This document shows positions 46,671 to 55,896 of a stretch of 63,733 nt of DNA, piece by piece. Source of the stretch: a virus (lineage: Duplodnaviria > Caudoviricetes); the IMG/VR virus record IMGVR_UViG_3300033146_001875, positions 1 through 63,733 of that record. One strand, 5' to 3'. Below the pieces are notes generated by a model that was given only the letters and a program-made list of their open reading frames with translations, was not told the DNA's origin and ran no database searches. Both the position numbers and the translations under genes were made by a program. Position 1 is the first letter of the stretch. Each line of letters opens with the position of its first letter.

Positions 46671-48647
46671 CTACAAAGTTTCACTTTCAGTAGCTGGTTC
46701 TTGCAACCTTTGCTTTATACCCATGTTGTTTGGTATAACTCCAGAAGACTTAAGTCTTTTTTGTTCTCTTATTTTATCTAGCTCAAGTTGATGTTTCGTA
46801 TTAAGTTCTTGAATTTTTTGATTAAAGCTAACACCATATTTAGTCTGTACTGATGACTGATTAATGCTATCTGCCTTAGCATCTGACTCTTTTGCTTTAG
46901 CTTGTTTTAGAGCTATGTCAACATCTGCTTCTCTTCCTAGTAGCTGTAGTTCTAGCTGAGCTTTTTGTAATGATATTTGTTTCATTTGTTGCTCATATGG
47001 ATCTGACTGAGGCTTATAGTTTTTAGTAGCTTCTGATAACTCTTTCATACCTTTCAATCTAGCTATCTCGCTCATTAATAACTGTGTCATTTCAAATGGA
47101 ATACTGTTACCTAGTGTTTGCAATAGAAAAGCTAGTTCACTAGCTTTAACATCATCTGTATGCTGTGTAGAAATATCTATAATGAAGTCTCTATAAAATG
47201 ATGGGTCTTTTTCATTAAGGGGTTCTACAAAAGTATATCCAGTTATAGCCTCTATGTCAGATGGGTCTAGTAAGTCATATATGTAACTTACCCAATGACG
47301 AATCATAGGTTTTATTATGTTATCTGCTATATTGATAACCATGTCAAGTTCTCTCAACATCATACTATTAGTTTGACCAGCCTTGCTAGCTTGAGAACCA
47401 TATATAGCTTGTGTTCCTCCACCACCTTGGAAAGGTACTACACCAGTAGTGGACTGAATGTCTGCTTGTACATCTTGAACCACCTTGAATACTTCTGCTG
47501 GTATTCTGTTGTATTGACCTTGATAGAAAGCATTTGGAGATATATTAAATTCAAAATCTTTGCCCTGCTCTTTTCTTTTGAAATTAACAGAATCTAAATT
47601 ACCTTTTTGGACACCTATTTGTCTATTGTTAGATTGTGCTATATCATCAAATATGCCTCTCATCATACCAGTCATAACCTCTTGCTGGTTCTTAACTAAT
47701 TCGACATAGCTTTTACCATATATGCTAAATGGTTGCTTTATACAAGGAGCCACGATATAAGGTATCTTCTTATCTGGAAATGGATTTTCTTCAAGTCTAA
47801 TAACTCTATCGCCTACCCAACTACAAACAATAGGCTTAGTTATACCAGAACCATCAATATCATATTCGCCCCAGTATTCATACATAAACATCTTTCTTCT
47901 AGCTGTGTCCTCTAAATTCGCATAATCATCTGATGTAGTATCCCTACTGTATTGAGCCATATATATATTATTATCATCTGATTCATCTATAGATTTTTCT
48001 ATATAGTCTAAATCTTCTTTTTTATATAATCCAGATTTTCTAAGTCCAGATAATCTAACTTCTCTTTTATGAATAAGAAATTGTATGTCAGAAGATTCAT
48101 AAGCTGTTGGGTCTATAAATACATCTTCTGGACGAACCACAGAGGCAGTTGGTCTGTTTACTATAGCTACCTCTTCCTCTACAGTAACTTCATCGACAAG
48201 CTGACCGTCTATTGATAATATTTGCTCTATTCGTTCTACAACTTCGCCACTATATTCCCAACCAGTCCTTACTATTACTGTACCCTCAATCAATAGAACA
48301 TTTATCATATCTGTTGTGAAGTTATATCTATTAAATTCTTTTGTATAGAAGAAGTTAATTGCTTCTTCTGTCTGTTTTGAAAAAGCTCCACTATTAGCTT
48401 TGCTTTCTGCAAACCTAACTATAGTATCATTCGATATGAACGGATTTTTTAATTGAGATTTAACCCATTCTATTTGCTTGAAAGCATCTCTGCTAACATA
48501 GTTGCTACCTTTTGACTCTTCAGATATTACAATACCCTCGTATGTATTTCTCATTTCGCTTACATAAGATATAATATCTTCAGTCACTCTCTTAGCTTCT
48601 CTTAAATCTGATTTCAAATTAGCTAGTATCTTTTTTTTATTAATCAT
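46671..48647 (-). CDS. Portal protein (N4 gp59 family)
   Basis: EGTVIVRTGW, FIDPT, YEYWGEYDIDGSG, IRLEENPFPDKKIP, MMRGIFD. Confidence 0.93.
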   Translation of the reverse strand: MINKKKILANLKSDLREAKRVTEDIISYVSEMRNTYEGIVISEESKGSNYVSRDAFKQIEWVKSQLKNPFISNDTIVRFAESKANSGAFSKQTEEAINFFYTKEFNRYNFTTDMINVLLIEGTVIVRTGWEYSGEVVERIEQILSIDGQLVDEVTVEEEVAIVNRPTASVVRPEDVFIDPTAYESSDIQFLIHKREVRLSGLRKSGLYKKEDLDYIEKSIDESDDNNIYMAQYSRDTTSDDYANLEDTARRKMFMYEYWGEYDIDGSGITKPIVCSWVGDRVIRLEENPFPDKKIPYIVAPCIKQPFSIYGKSYVELVKNQQEVMTGMMRGIFDDIAQSNNRQIGVQKGNLDSVNFKRKEQGKDFEFNISPNAFYQGQYNRIPAEVFKVVQDVQADIQSTTGVVPFQGGGGTQAIYGSQASKAGQTNSMMLRELDMVINIADNIIKPMIRHWVSYIYDLLDPSDIEAITGYTFVEPLNEKDPSFYRDFIIDISTQHTDDVKASELAFLLQTLGNSIPFEMTQLLMSEIARLKGMKELSEATKNYKPQSDPYEQQMKQISLQKAQLELQLLGREADVDIALKQAKAKESDAKADSINQSSVQTKYGVSFNQKIQELNTKHQLELDKIREQKRLKSSGVIPNNMGIKQRLQEPATESETL

Positions 48648-48661
48648 ATTGTTAATACTCC

Positions 48662-50647
48662 TTATACTGGTCTTATTAGTGAGGCTATATCATACACACT
48701 ATTATCTGCTTCCATCTGTCTATATGGAAGTTTATATGCATAATCAAAACTGTCTTGTATCCCATTGAAAAAATTATATGGTCTATTATACAATGATTTA
48801 GATTCTCTGGCCATCTTCTCCATTTCAGAATTATAATAATCTGTTGCTGTATTATAATTTTCTATATCTTTTTTTGCAAGATGATTATCTATTGCAGTTA
48901 CAGCTTGTATTACTACTCCACCATAGAACACTATGTTCTGAACAGTGGTGTGTTCTGCTGTCTTAATAGATACACTGCTTACTGCACTAGGTGCAGTTGT
49001 AGCCGTAGTTGCTACACCGGTTTTAAGAGCTGTTTCTTTAACTACAAGGTCATACCTATATGTTAAAATAGCTACAACTATTGTCAGTGCTATTGTTTGC
49101 TCTTCATTTAGACCCAATACTTGTGCGAAACTATTGGTAACAGTTCCAGTTAATATAGCTACACCATATGCAGATGTTGGAGGAAATGCTAACATAACTA
49201 CAGCTGCTATAATCATTAGCCCTTGAAATAAGCCAGTGCTATACCATTTAACATATTGTGTTTGCTCTGCAAAATAAAACAGATTTAGCATATCTGGAAG
49301 ACAATCATAAAATTCTTTAATCGTCATTTTCTTGATTACTTCAGCTGGTACTAAATACATATCAAGTTGGTCGTCAGTTAATGTAACAGTATGTGCATTA
49401 TTACTTACCGTATAACCAGAATTTCCAGTAGAGTTTTTGCCAGAATCAGTAGTGGTTCCACTTGGTAATACTACATCTGGTCCCGAATAAATATTGACCA
49501 TATTTCTAGTTTCGGAGTGGGTCTCATTAGTGTATTCGTCAGATATATTATATGTTTCTTGATCATATGATATACTCAGACTGTTTTTGTCTACTACAAA
49601 TTTTTGTTGATGTTTACTAGAACCATACACTCGTTTTAAATATTTTCCAATAACCTTATGGTTCATATTAGAACTTAGAACAAGTGCTACATCTTTAACT
49701 TCATCATTCTCTATAAGACTGTCAGAAAACCTAGGAATACCCATCATTCTATGGAATAGACTAGACCTTTTATCTATCTTGTTTACACCATTGTCTTTTA
49801 TTGTGGACATCATAAAACTTAGATTATTTTCGTTACCAGCAACATCAGAATCTTTCATTACAATAAGTCTATATGTAGGGTTTTGTCTCGACCTATAGAG
49901 AGCTACAGTATAGAGAATCCTGTTGCTAAGAGTGCTGTATATAATAGAACCATCGTTTATATTTTCTAACTTTATCTTTATATTTCCATCGTCACTATCA
50001 CAGTCTAGTCTATACAATCCGTGTTCGTGTATAATAACTGGCTTATACCATTCAGCACCACTCTTATATGTTTTATAATCTATTTGGTAGCTTGTATCAA
50101 AGACATTATATTCTATAGACTGATTATGATTCTCATCACTTTTTGATTCAAAATTATCTTCAAGATAACGATATGCTGCATATTCGTTATTATTAAATGA
50201 AACAAACGAATTATCTCTAAGTGATGGTTCTGAATTTAGATACCTCGCAGTAAATCCATTGTGGTCTATGCTTTCACCAAGATATATATCTTTCTCTATC
50301 TTCTTAGTAGAACTCAATCTATATATGTATATAGTTTCGCCATAAATATTCTCTTTTATGTCTATTTCTGTTTCATGTGTACTATTAGATATAAAAGAAG
50401 ATATTGCTGATATAGTAACTCGTTCTACACCAGTAGAATCAGCAAGGAAGCCCATTCTTTTCAAAGCTTTCCTAGAACTCATTAAACCCTTAAAAGTAGC
50501 CATAAAAGATATAGAATTAAGTGCAGAATTACCTGCACTCATATTAGACAACATAGCTTTAACGAAAGAACCTTTTTCGTCCGATAAATGAATTATATCT
50601 GCATCTATAAAGGTTTTGTATCTTCCATGTATTCCAAGAAAGCTCAT
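48662..50647 (-). CDS. Virion structural protein, N4 gp53-like
   Basis: VKWYSTGLF followed by hydrophobic helices; start reassigned to MSFLG. Confidence 0.65.
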   Translation of the reverse strand: MSFLGIHGRYKTFIDADIIHLSDEKGSFVKAMLSNMSAGNSALNSISFMATFKGLMSSRKALKRMGFLADSTGVERVTISAISSFISNSTHETEIDIKENIYGETIYIYRLSSTKKIEKDIYLGESIDHNGFTARYLNSEPSLRDNSFVSFNNNEYAAYRYLEDNFESKSDENHNQSIEYNVFDTSYQIDYKTYKSGAEWYKPVIIHEHGLYRLDCDSDDGNIKIKLENINDGSIIYSTLSNRILYTVALYRSRQNPTYRLIVMKDSDVAGNENNLSFMMSTIKDNGVNKIDKRSSLFHRMMGIPRFSDSLIENDEVKDVALVLSSNMNHKVIGKYLKRVYGSSKHQQKFVVDKNSLSISYDQETYNISDEYTNETHSETRNMVNIYSGPDVVLPSGTTTDSGKNSTGNSGYTVSNNAHTVTLTDDQLDMYLVPAEVIKKMTIKEFYDCLPDMLNLFYFAEQTQYVKWYSTGLFQGLMIIAAVVMLAFPPTSAYGVAILTGTVTNSFAQVLGLNEEQTIALTIVVAILTYRYDLVVKETALKTGVATTATTAPSAVSSVSIKTAEHTTVQNIVFYGGVVIQAVTAIDNHLAKKDIENYNTATDYYNSEMEKMARESKSLYNRPYNFFNGIQDSFDYAYKLPYRQMEADNSVYDIASLIRPV

Positions 50648-50660
50648 ATTATATTGTCCA

Positions 50661-51062
50661 TTATTTGTTGCTTGATACCATAGATTGATATAAGTCTGAT
50701 ATTTCATCATTAGCAATAATGTCTGGTGCTTTCTCCAGCATACCAGAAGAGAACATAACACCCCAAGCATTTAGTTGTGTTTTAAACAGCTCTATGTTTG
50801 TGTGGTCGTTAAAGCCCTCTTTCTGTCTAACCAACATAGCTGCATGAGCTATATCAACTTCTTTAGCAGATTTCAGCTTGTTCTCTTGTGCTATATTCAC
50901 ATCTGCTTGAGCAGCAGATTGCAATATAACAGACATCAAAGAAGAATATACTGTAGCATAATCAGTACCCTTGATTCTTCCTTTTGTAGCTTGTTCGTCT
51001 AAATCAGTTTTTACCTTAGCTGACAAAACATCATACAGTTGAGTTATATTATCTATATTCAT
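50661..51062 (-). CDS. Short N4 gp54-like tail protein
   Basis: KGRIKGTDYATVY and RQKEGF...AW patterns. Confidence 0.6.
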   Translation of the reverse strand: MNIDNITQLYDVLSAKVKTDLDEQATKGRIKGTDYATVYSSLMSVILQSAAQADVNIAQENKLKSAKEVDIAHAAMLVRQKEGFNDHTNIELFKTQLNAWGVMFSSGMLEKAPDIIANDEISDLYQSMVSSNK

Positions 51063-51075
51063 ATTATCGTATCCT

Positions 51076-51927
51076 CTATTTTAATACCAGTATTTTAGAC
51101 TGAGTATATAATGTTGAGTTATCTAACTCCGAACTAAATGTTTTTATATGACCGATAGAATATTCCATCTTTTTTTCTAATTCGTTTAGTGTACTCATCC
51201 TGTCTATATCTGATGGTTCAAAGCTTGTATCAGCTTTTAATAATGTAGTTGAAAAATCTATATACCTAGCTGGAGAATCATTTGATTCATCAACCTCTAT
51301 ACAATTAAGTGTTATAGTAGTATCTGTATCATATTTAAATCCTATTCTTATAGTAAGCATATCTAATGTATAGCTATACTCTATATGGTGTTCTGTTCCA
51401 GTAGCTAGTTCAGTCATAGTTATATCATCATCAGTCTTTCCATATTGATATGAAGCAACCCTAAAACTATGTTTAGCAACACCAGTAGAGCCATCTATTG
51501 TTCGTCTATAGTATACACCTATAGTTTTAAAGTCATAAGCATTTGTTGGGTCTTGTTCATATATAGAACCAAACAACATCATACCATTTTCATTAGCCTC
51601 TTTAACTATCGTTTTATATAGTGGAAAAGCAAACAAAGCTGAACATTCGTTTGAAGCTTTTAAGCTTTCATCTAATCTAATATAGTCAAGAGAATTAGCA
51701 AGCAATGGAAGCACATAATTGTTATTTCTATATGAAACAGTTTTATAGTTTTCAATAACACTGTCTATAGTAGCAACCATATCTTCATCATACTTTACGA
51801 TATGAATAGACTCTCCATTGTTGTTATACATATATGGATAGCTTCCGTCTTTTTCAAAAGACCCTACATTTATTATATGTTCATCTAAGCCATCATATAA
51901 TGGTTCTAGTCCTGATTTTAACCCCAT
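51076..51927 (-). CDS. Hypothetical virion-region protein
   Basis: GAGGAG RBS, 283 aa. Confidence 0.75.
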   Translation of the reverse strand: MGLKSGLEPLYDGLDEHIINVGSFEKDGSYPYMYNNNGESIHIVKYDEDMVATIDSVIENYKTVSYRNNNYVLPLLANSLDYIRLDESLKASNECSALFAFPLYKTIVKEANENGMMLFGSIYEQDPTNAYDFKTIGVYYRRTIDGSTGVAKHSFRVASYQYGKTDDDITMTELATGTEHHIEYSYTLDMLTIRIGFKYDTDTTITLNCIEVDESNDSPARYIDFSTTLLKADTSFEPSDIDRMSTLNELEKKMEYSIGHIKTFSSELDNSTLYTQSKILVLK

Positions 51928-52307
51928 TATTTCACTCCTCTATTGTCCCATCGAAATGCTTTCTCTTGTCTATCATCAACATGGATAAAAGTGTTATATA
52001 TACCTATACCTAAAGAGAATGGATATTTCTTTTCTAAGTAGTTATATATAGTCTCAAGTGGAACATCTGCTATCTTAAAATCTATAGCCCTACAAGCTCT
52101 GTGCTTACTACACAGATGTTTTGAGTTTTGCTTTCCACCTACTTCTTTATTGTGCTTCATACAACGACAAGCACTATTTATGATAACAGGTTTGCCATAT
52201 CTGTTTCTTAGCTGTTGAACCACATCTAATACAGCTGGACTAATATTACTTAGTCCACATCCACATTTGCATTCGATTTCTCGTTTCGATATATTTTGTC
52301 TCATCAT
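51927..52307 (-). CDS. Endolysin, peptidase M15 family
   Basis: CKCGCG, INSACRC..HN..VGG...SKH, AID, GIGIY..FIHVD. Confidence 0.92.
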   Translation of the reverse strand: MMRQNISKREIECKCGCGLSNISPAVLDVVQQLRNRYGKPVIINSACRCMKHNKEVGGKQNSKHLCSKHRACRAIDFKIADVPLETIYNYLEKKYPFSLGIGIYNTFIHVDDRQEKAFRWDNRGVK

Positions 52308-52654
52308 ATTTTCTTCCTATTTGTAAAACTTTCTATAACACCACCAGTAAAATAAAAAGATATTATAGCCAACATAATCCATCCTATTTCAAATGAATTT
52401 ATTAGCTTTAGAAAACCATCTAGCTCATCAGGAGATACTAAATATATTGATATACCCATCCATAGTGTTGCTATAAAGTTTAATGCAAACAATACAGCTA
52501 AAAATCTCTGAGCCAACTTAAAAGGTTTTAAACTACGAGCTAATTCCAACTTTAATTTAGCTTTCTCTTCATCTGTATATATAAGCATATCACCACTATC
52601 TATCACGGCTTTCATTGCAGAACCACTAAAGAGATTACTTATTATATTACTCAT
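52304..52654 (-). CDS. Holin
   Basis: Two clear TM segments ending FYFTGG; coupled to the endolysin. Confidence 0.75.
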   Translation of the reverse strand: MSNIISNLFSGSAMKAVIDSGDMLIYTDEEKAKLKLELARSLKPFKLAQRFLAVLFALNFIATLWMGISIYLVSPDELDGFLKLINSFEIGWIMLAIISFYFTGGVIESFTNRKKI

Positions 52655-52656
52655 AC

Positions 52657-52869
52657 TTATCCTCCAGATACTTGTATAGACACATCAAGAAACTTACTTA
52701 GAAATAAGAGAAGCGATATGGACCCAGCCATAAACCATAGCTTTGTTTCTATATTTAATAGTCTGTTTCCAAATTTTTCTTCATATTCTTTATTATCTTC
52801 TATGTGCTTCTTTAAATCATTTGATATAGAAGACAATTTTGTCTCTAATCCTTTTACATATTCAGTCAT
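52657..52869 (-). CDS. Small coiled-coil protein with C-terminal TM (holin/XhlA-like lysis accessory)
   Basis: ATGA overlap with the upstream receiver gene; C-terminal hydrophobic helix. Confidence 0.65.
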   Translation of the reverse strand: MTEYVKGLETKLSSISNDLKKHIEDNKEYEEKFGNRLLNIETKLWFMAGSISLLLFLSKFLDVSIQVSGG

Positions 52870-53249
52870 GAACACAACTTTATTTTTTTTATTTTACTAC
52901 AGTCTTTTAGGAAGTTGCAACAAAGCCTGATGAATTTTTCTTTATTTATGGGCTTTAGTATAATTCCATCAAACAAAGAATTTATATCTGGAATCACATC
53001 CTCTATGTTTTGCAATGTTGTATAACATAGGAATGGAACATCTACATGTTCTTCTCTCATTTTTTTTATCACAGAAAAGTCTTTTAATGAAAAAAGCATT
53101 GGTTCATATAAAATCAGAGTTAATTCACACTTTGGTATATTTTCTATCTTGTTGACAATAATAATTTCACCACCGATGAATTTATGCAGGGAGTCAGCTA
53201 TCGCTTCCCCTGCATAAATATCATCCACTATTAGAACTGTGCATTCCAT
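52866..53249 (-). CDS. Stand-alone CheY-like response-regulator receiver domain
   Basis: VLIVDD, LILYEPML, PFLCYTT, DGIILKP. Confidence 0.85.
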   Translation of the reverse strand: MECTVLIVDDIYAGEAIADSLHKFIGGEIIIVNKIENIPKCELTLILYEPMLFSLKDFSVIKKMREEHVDVPFLCYTTLQNIEDVIPDINSLFDGIILKPINKEKFIRLCCNFLKDCSKIKKIKLCS

Positions 53250-53262
53250 AATACTCTCACTT

Positions 53263-53667
53263 TTATTGTGGAGCTGTGCCAGAAGCTGTAACCATATCTT
53301 TTTCGAGAATCTTGACTATTTTATTTTGTCTATCTAGCATTCTATCAACAAAAGTATAGTCTTTATTTTCAATATATACATTCATTATGGTTCTTGTATC
53401 ATCAAACTTTTTAAAGCTTGCATTGAGCATTTCTCTAAGCTCTTTCGGTATTTTTCTCTTATCGGCTATTTCATATAATGCCTCCAATGTAGATACCATC
53501 ATAAAGCTTATCTTGTACAAATCTGCAATAAGAGTGTCTCTATCACCCACCTCTTTGCTTATCTCTTTTCTAATTTTACCTTTTCGTAAGCCTATTTCTT
53601 CCGTTGTCTCTTCATAAAAGTATCTTGTTCTCATACCTTTAGTTTTGCTTTTTAATTTGTATCCCAT
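53263..53667 (-). CDS. Hypothetical tail-associated protein
   Basis: Follows a fibre-like gene. Confidence 0.7.
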   Translation of the reverse strand: MGYKLKSKTKGMRTRYFYEETTEEIGLRKGKIRKEISKEVGDRDTLIADLYKISFMMVSTLEALYEIADKRKIPKELREMLNASFKKFDDTRTIMNVYIENKDYTFVDRMLDRQNKIVKILEKDMVTASGTAPQ

Positions 53668-55608
53668 TTAAGAATCCTTCCACATTAAACTTTTTAAATA
53701 AGTTATGTTTGCTTCTTCATCACCTATAACTTTTCTTTGAAAAATATCTCCACTATAATCAGATACTTTTTCGTAAGTATTATTTTTTATATCTAAAGCA
53801 TCATCTATAGTCCAGCTTTCTAAATTTTCGGTATTAAAATCATCATCTACTGGGTCACCTGAAGTAAGTGCTGTTTTTATAGTTATGTTTTTTTCTATAA
53901 AATAAGCCGTTGTTGGAGCATTGTCTAAATTATTTGATGATATATCTGCTGAATACAATTTACCTATCTGCTCATACAGCTTATCAACTTCATCTTTACT
54001 AATATTTTTATCGTAAATTTCCACATGGTCAACAAGACCATCTAGCCAATATTTTTCGCCGCCAGAATAGCTACCATAACCAATTCGTAGTTCACCTGCA
54101 TTTTCTGGTGCTTCTATGGTTGCAGAGTTCAGTTGTGTCTTATCGAGATAAGCAGTTATAGTATCTACTCCATCGAACATAATAACTAAATGATGCCATT
54201 CACCATCATTTACAATTTCATCGTTGTCTAAAAGATAACTTGATCCATCATAGTACCTTACATCAAGTCCACGACTACCACCGTGTCTAATGATGAAGCC
54301 GTCATCTGGGTCACTATATCTATATGTTTCTATTAGCATTTGATCATGGTCAGTCGATGTGGTCTTAAACCAAAAAGATATAGAGTGAGCATTGTTGAAA
54401 AAATCTCCAAAATCTTTGTTGTAAATTTTTCCATTAGTTGCATCAAATTTCATACAAGAGTCCCACTTACCATTCGCCTCTTCTACTACACCATCATTTT
54501 CTACTGTTGCATTATAATTCCCACACAAGTCATCACCATTACCATTTAGCTGATATTTAGCCTTTAAACTACCATCGCCTAGTGGGTCAGTACTATCTAC
54601 GATATTGCCGTCTGTTTCTGTAACATCACCAATATCTATCTCAATTCCATCACTGAAATCATCATTTAAAATATAGCATTTGTTTATATTTTCTATATCA
54701 CTAGCACCCGTAACGAGGGTGTCTTTGTCTGTGCTGTCAGCTACAAACATCTCCACTAAATCAATCTTACAAGATGTTTGATAACTTGACCAGTCAGCCT
54801 CATCATCACCTTGCAGAGTTACAACTTCTGTATACTTTCCACCATCAGCAGTGAATGTTATATCTTCGTTTGTGACAGTCACACTAGAAGAGCTATCTTC
54901 ATTATCACTAAATTCATCGTTGATAATAGAATCGTCTTCATCTTCTGGTGAATCATTAATTGTCACTGTGATAGCATTACTCCAGCCACTGGATATATAC
55001 CCATCTTTAGTCGCTCTAAATCTAAACTCTACCTCTGTGTCTTCATCCACTGAAGCCATGTAGACTTTAAAAATATTACTAGATTTATATACTATTCTAT
55101 TAACTAGCTCATTATCAACAAAATATGAAGCTTCGTCGTCATAGTTGTCTATTTCAATTTCTATGTAATCTCTTTCATTAACTGTATCTGAACTCTGATT
55201 ACTTAAAACTGGTACCTCATTTATATATTCCCCTAGTAAGCCTTTTAAACTTACTGCACTCAATATAGTAGCAACCCAGTCATCATTTGATGACGAATAT
55301 TGAAAGTTAAATGTAGTTCCGTTTATGTTACATATATAGTCATTACTAGAACCATTTATGCTGTGACCATTGCCATCAACAGTTATACTATTGTCTGAAA
55401 AATTACCATTGTAGTTATGCACTTGAACCAAATCGTTATCCGATGGTGTTTCTGGTAGTGTTATAGTAAAAGAATCTGATGATACATCACATAGATACAG
55501 ACTTCCATTCTCTGCTGTAGTATTAGAATCTATATCCACGAAAGCTAATGACCCTCCTCCTGAGCCACCTCCTCCTGAGCCAGAACTGTTTGTTAAATCT
55601 ATATCCAT
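53668..55608 (-). CDS. Acidic tail/fibre protein with LamG (concanavalin-like) domain
   Basis: FTITLP...NGHSING fibre module; SISFWFKT, NDGEWHHLV, GLVDHVEIYD. Confidence 0.82.
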   Translation of the reverse strand: MDIDLTNSSGSGGGGSGGGSLAFVDIDSNTTAENGSLYLCDVSSDSFTITLPETPSDNDLVQVHNYNGNFSDNSITVDGNGHSINGSSNDYICNINGTTFNFQYSSSNDDWVATILSAVSLKGLLGEYINEVPVLSNQSSDTVNERDYIEIEIDNYDDEASYFVDNELVNRIVYKSSNIFKVYMASVDEDTEVEFRFRATKDGYISSGWSNAITVTINDSPEDEDDSIINDEFSDNEDSSSSVTVTNEDITFTADGGKYTEVVTLQGDDEADWSSYQTSCKIDLVEMFVADSTDKDTLVTGASDIENINKCYILNDDFSDGIEIDIGDVTETDGNIVDSTDPLGDGSLKAKYQLNGNGDDLCGNYNATVENDGVVEEANGKWDSCMKFDATNGKIYNKDFGDFFNNAHSISFWFKTTSTDHDQMLIETYRYSDPDDGFIIRHGGSRGLDVRYYDGSSYLLDNDEIVNDGEWHHLVIMFDGVDTITAYLDKTQLNSATIEAPENAGELRIGYGSYSGGEKYWLDGLVDHVEIYDKNISKDEVDKLYEQIGKLYSADISSNNLDNAPTTAYFIEKNITIKTALTSGDPVDDDFNTENLESWTIDDALDIKNNTYEKVSDYSGDIFQRKVIGDEEANITYLKSLMWKDS

Positions 55609-55611
55609 AGC

Positions 55612-55872
55612 CTAATCCTTTATAATAGTTACTAAAGCAGATAAGCTACTCTTGTATCCAGTGGCTTCTACTTTTTTAACATATATTTTCTCTGGAGACT
55701 TGAATGTGTTCACACCTATTGGAATATCTACACCAATAGATGTTGAGCCATTTCCAACTCTTACTTGAATATCATTATGTCTTACTTGTGTTATCAAGAC
55801 ATAGGTTGTACCTATGTCTATTTCTTTCCATCCATCACTTGTGCTTATTTTTACATCTTCTGTTGTCATCAC
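55612..55872 (-). CDS. Small beta-rich virion protein
   Basis: AAGGA RBS. Confidence 0.7.
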   Translation of the reverse strand: MMTTEDVKISTSDGWKEIDIGTTYVLITQVRHNDIQVRVGNGSTSIGVDIPIGVNTFKSPEKIYVKKVEATGYKSSLSALVTIIKD

Positions 55873-55896
55873 TCGTTCCTTTATATTGCTTAAAAT

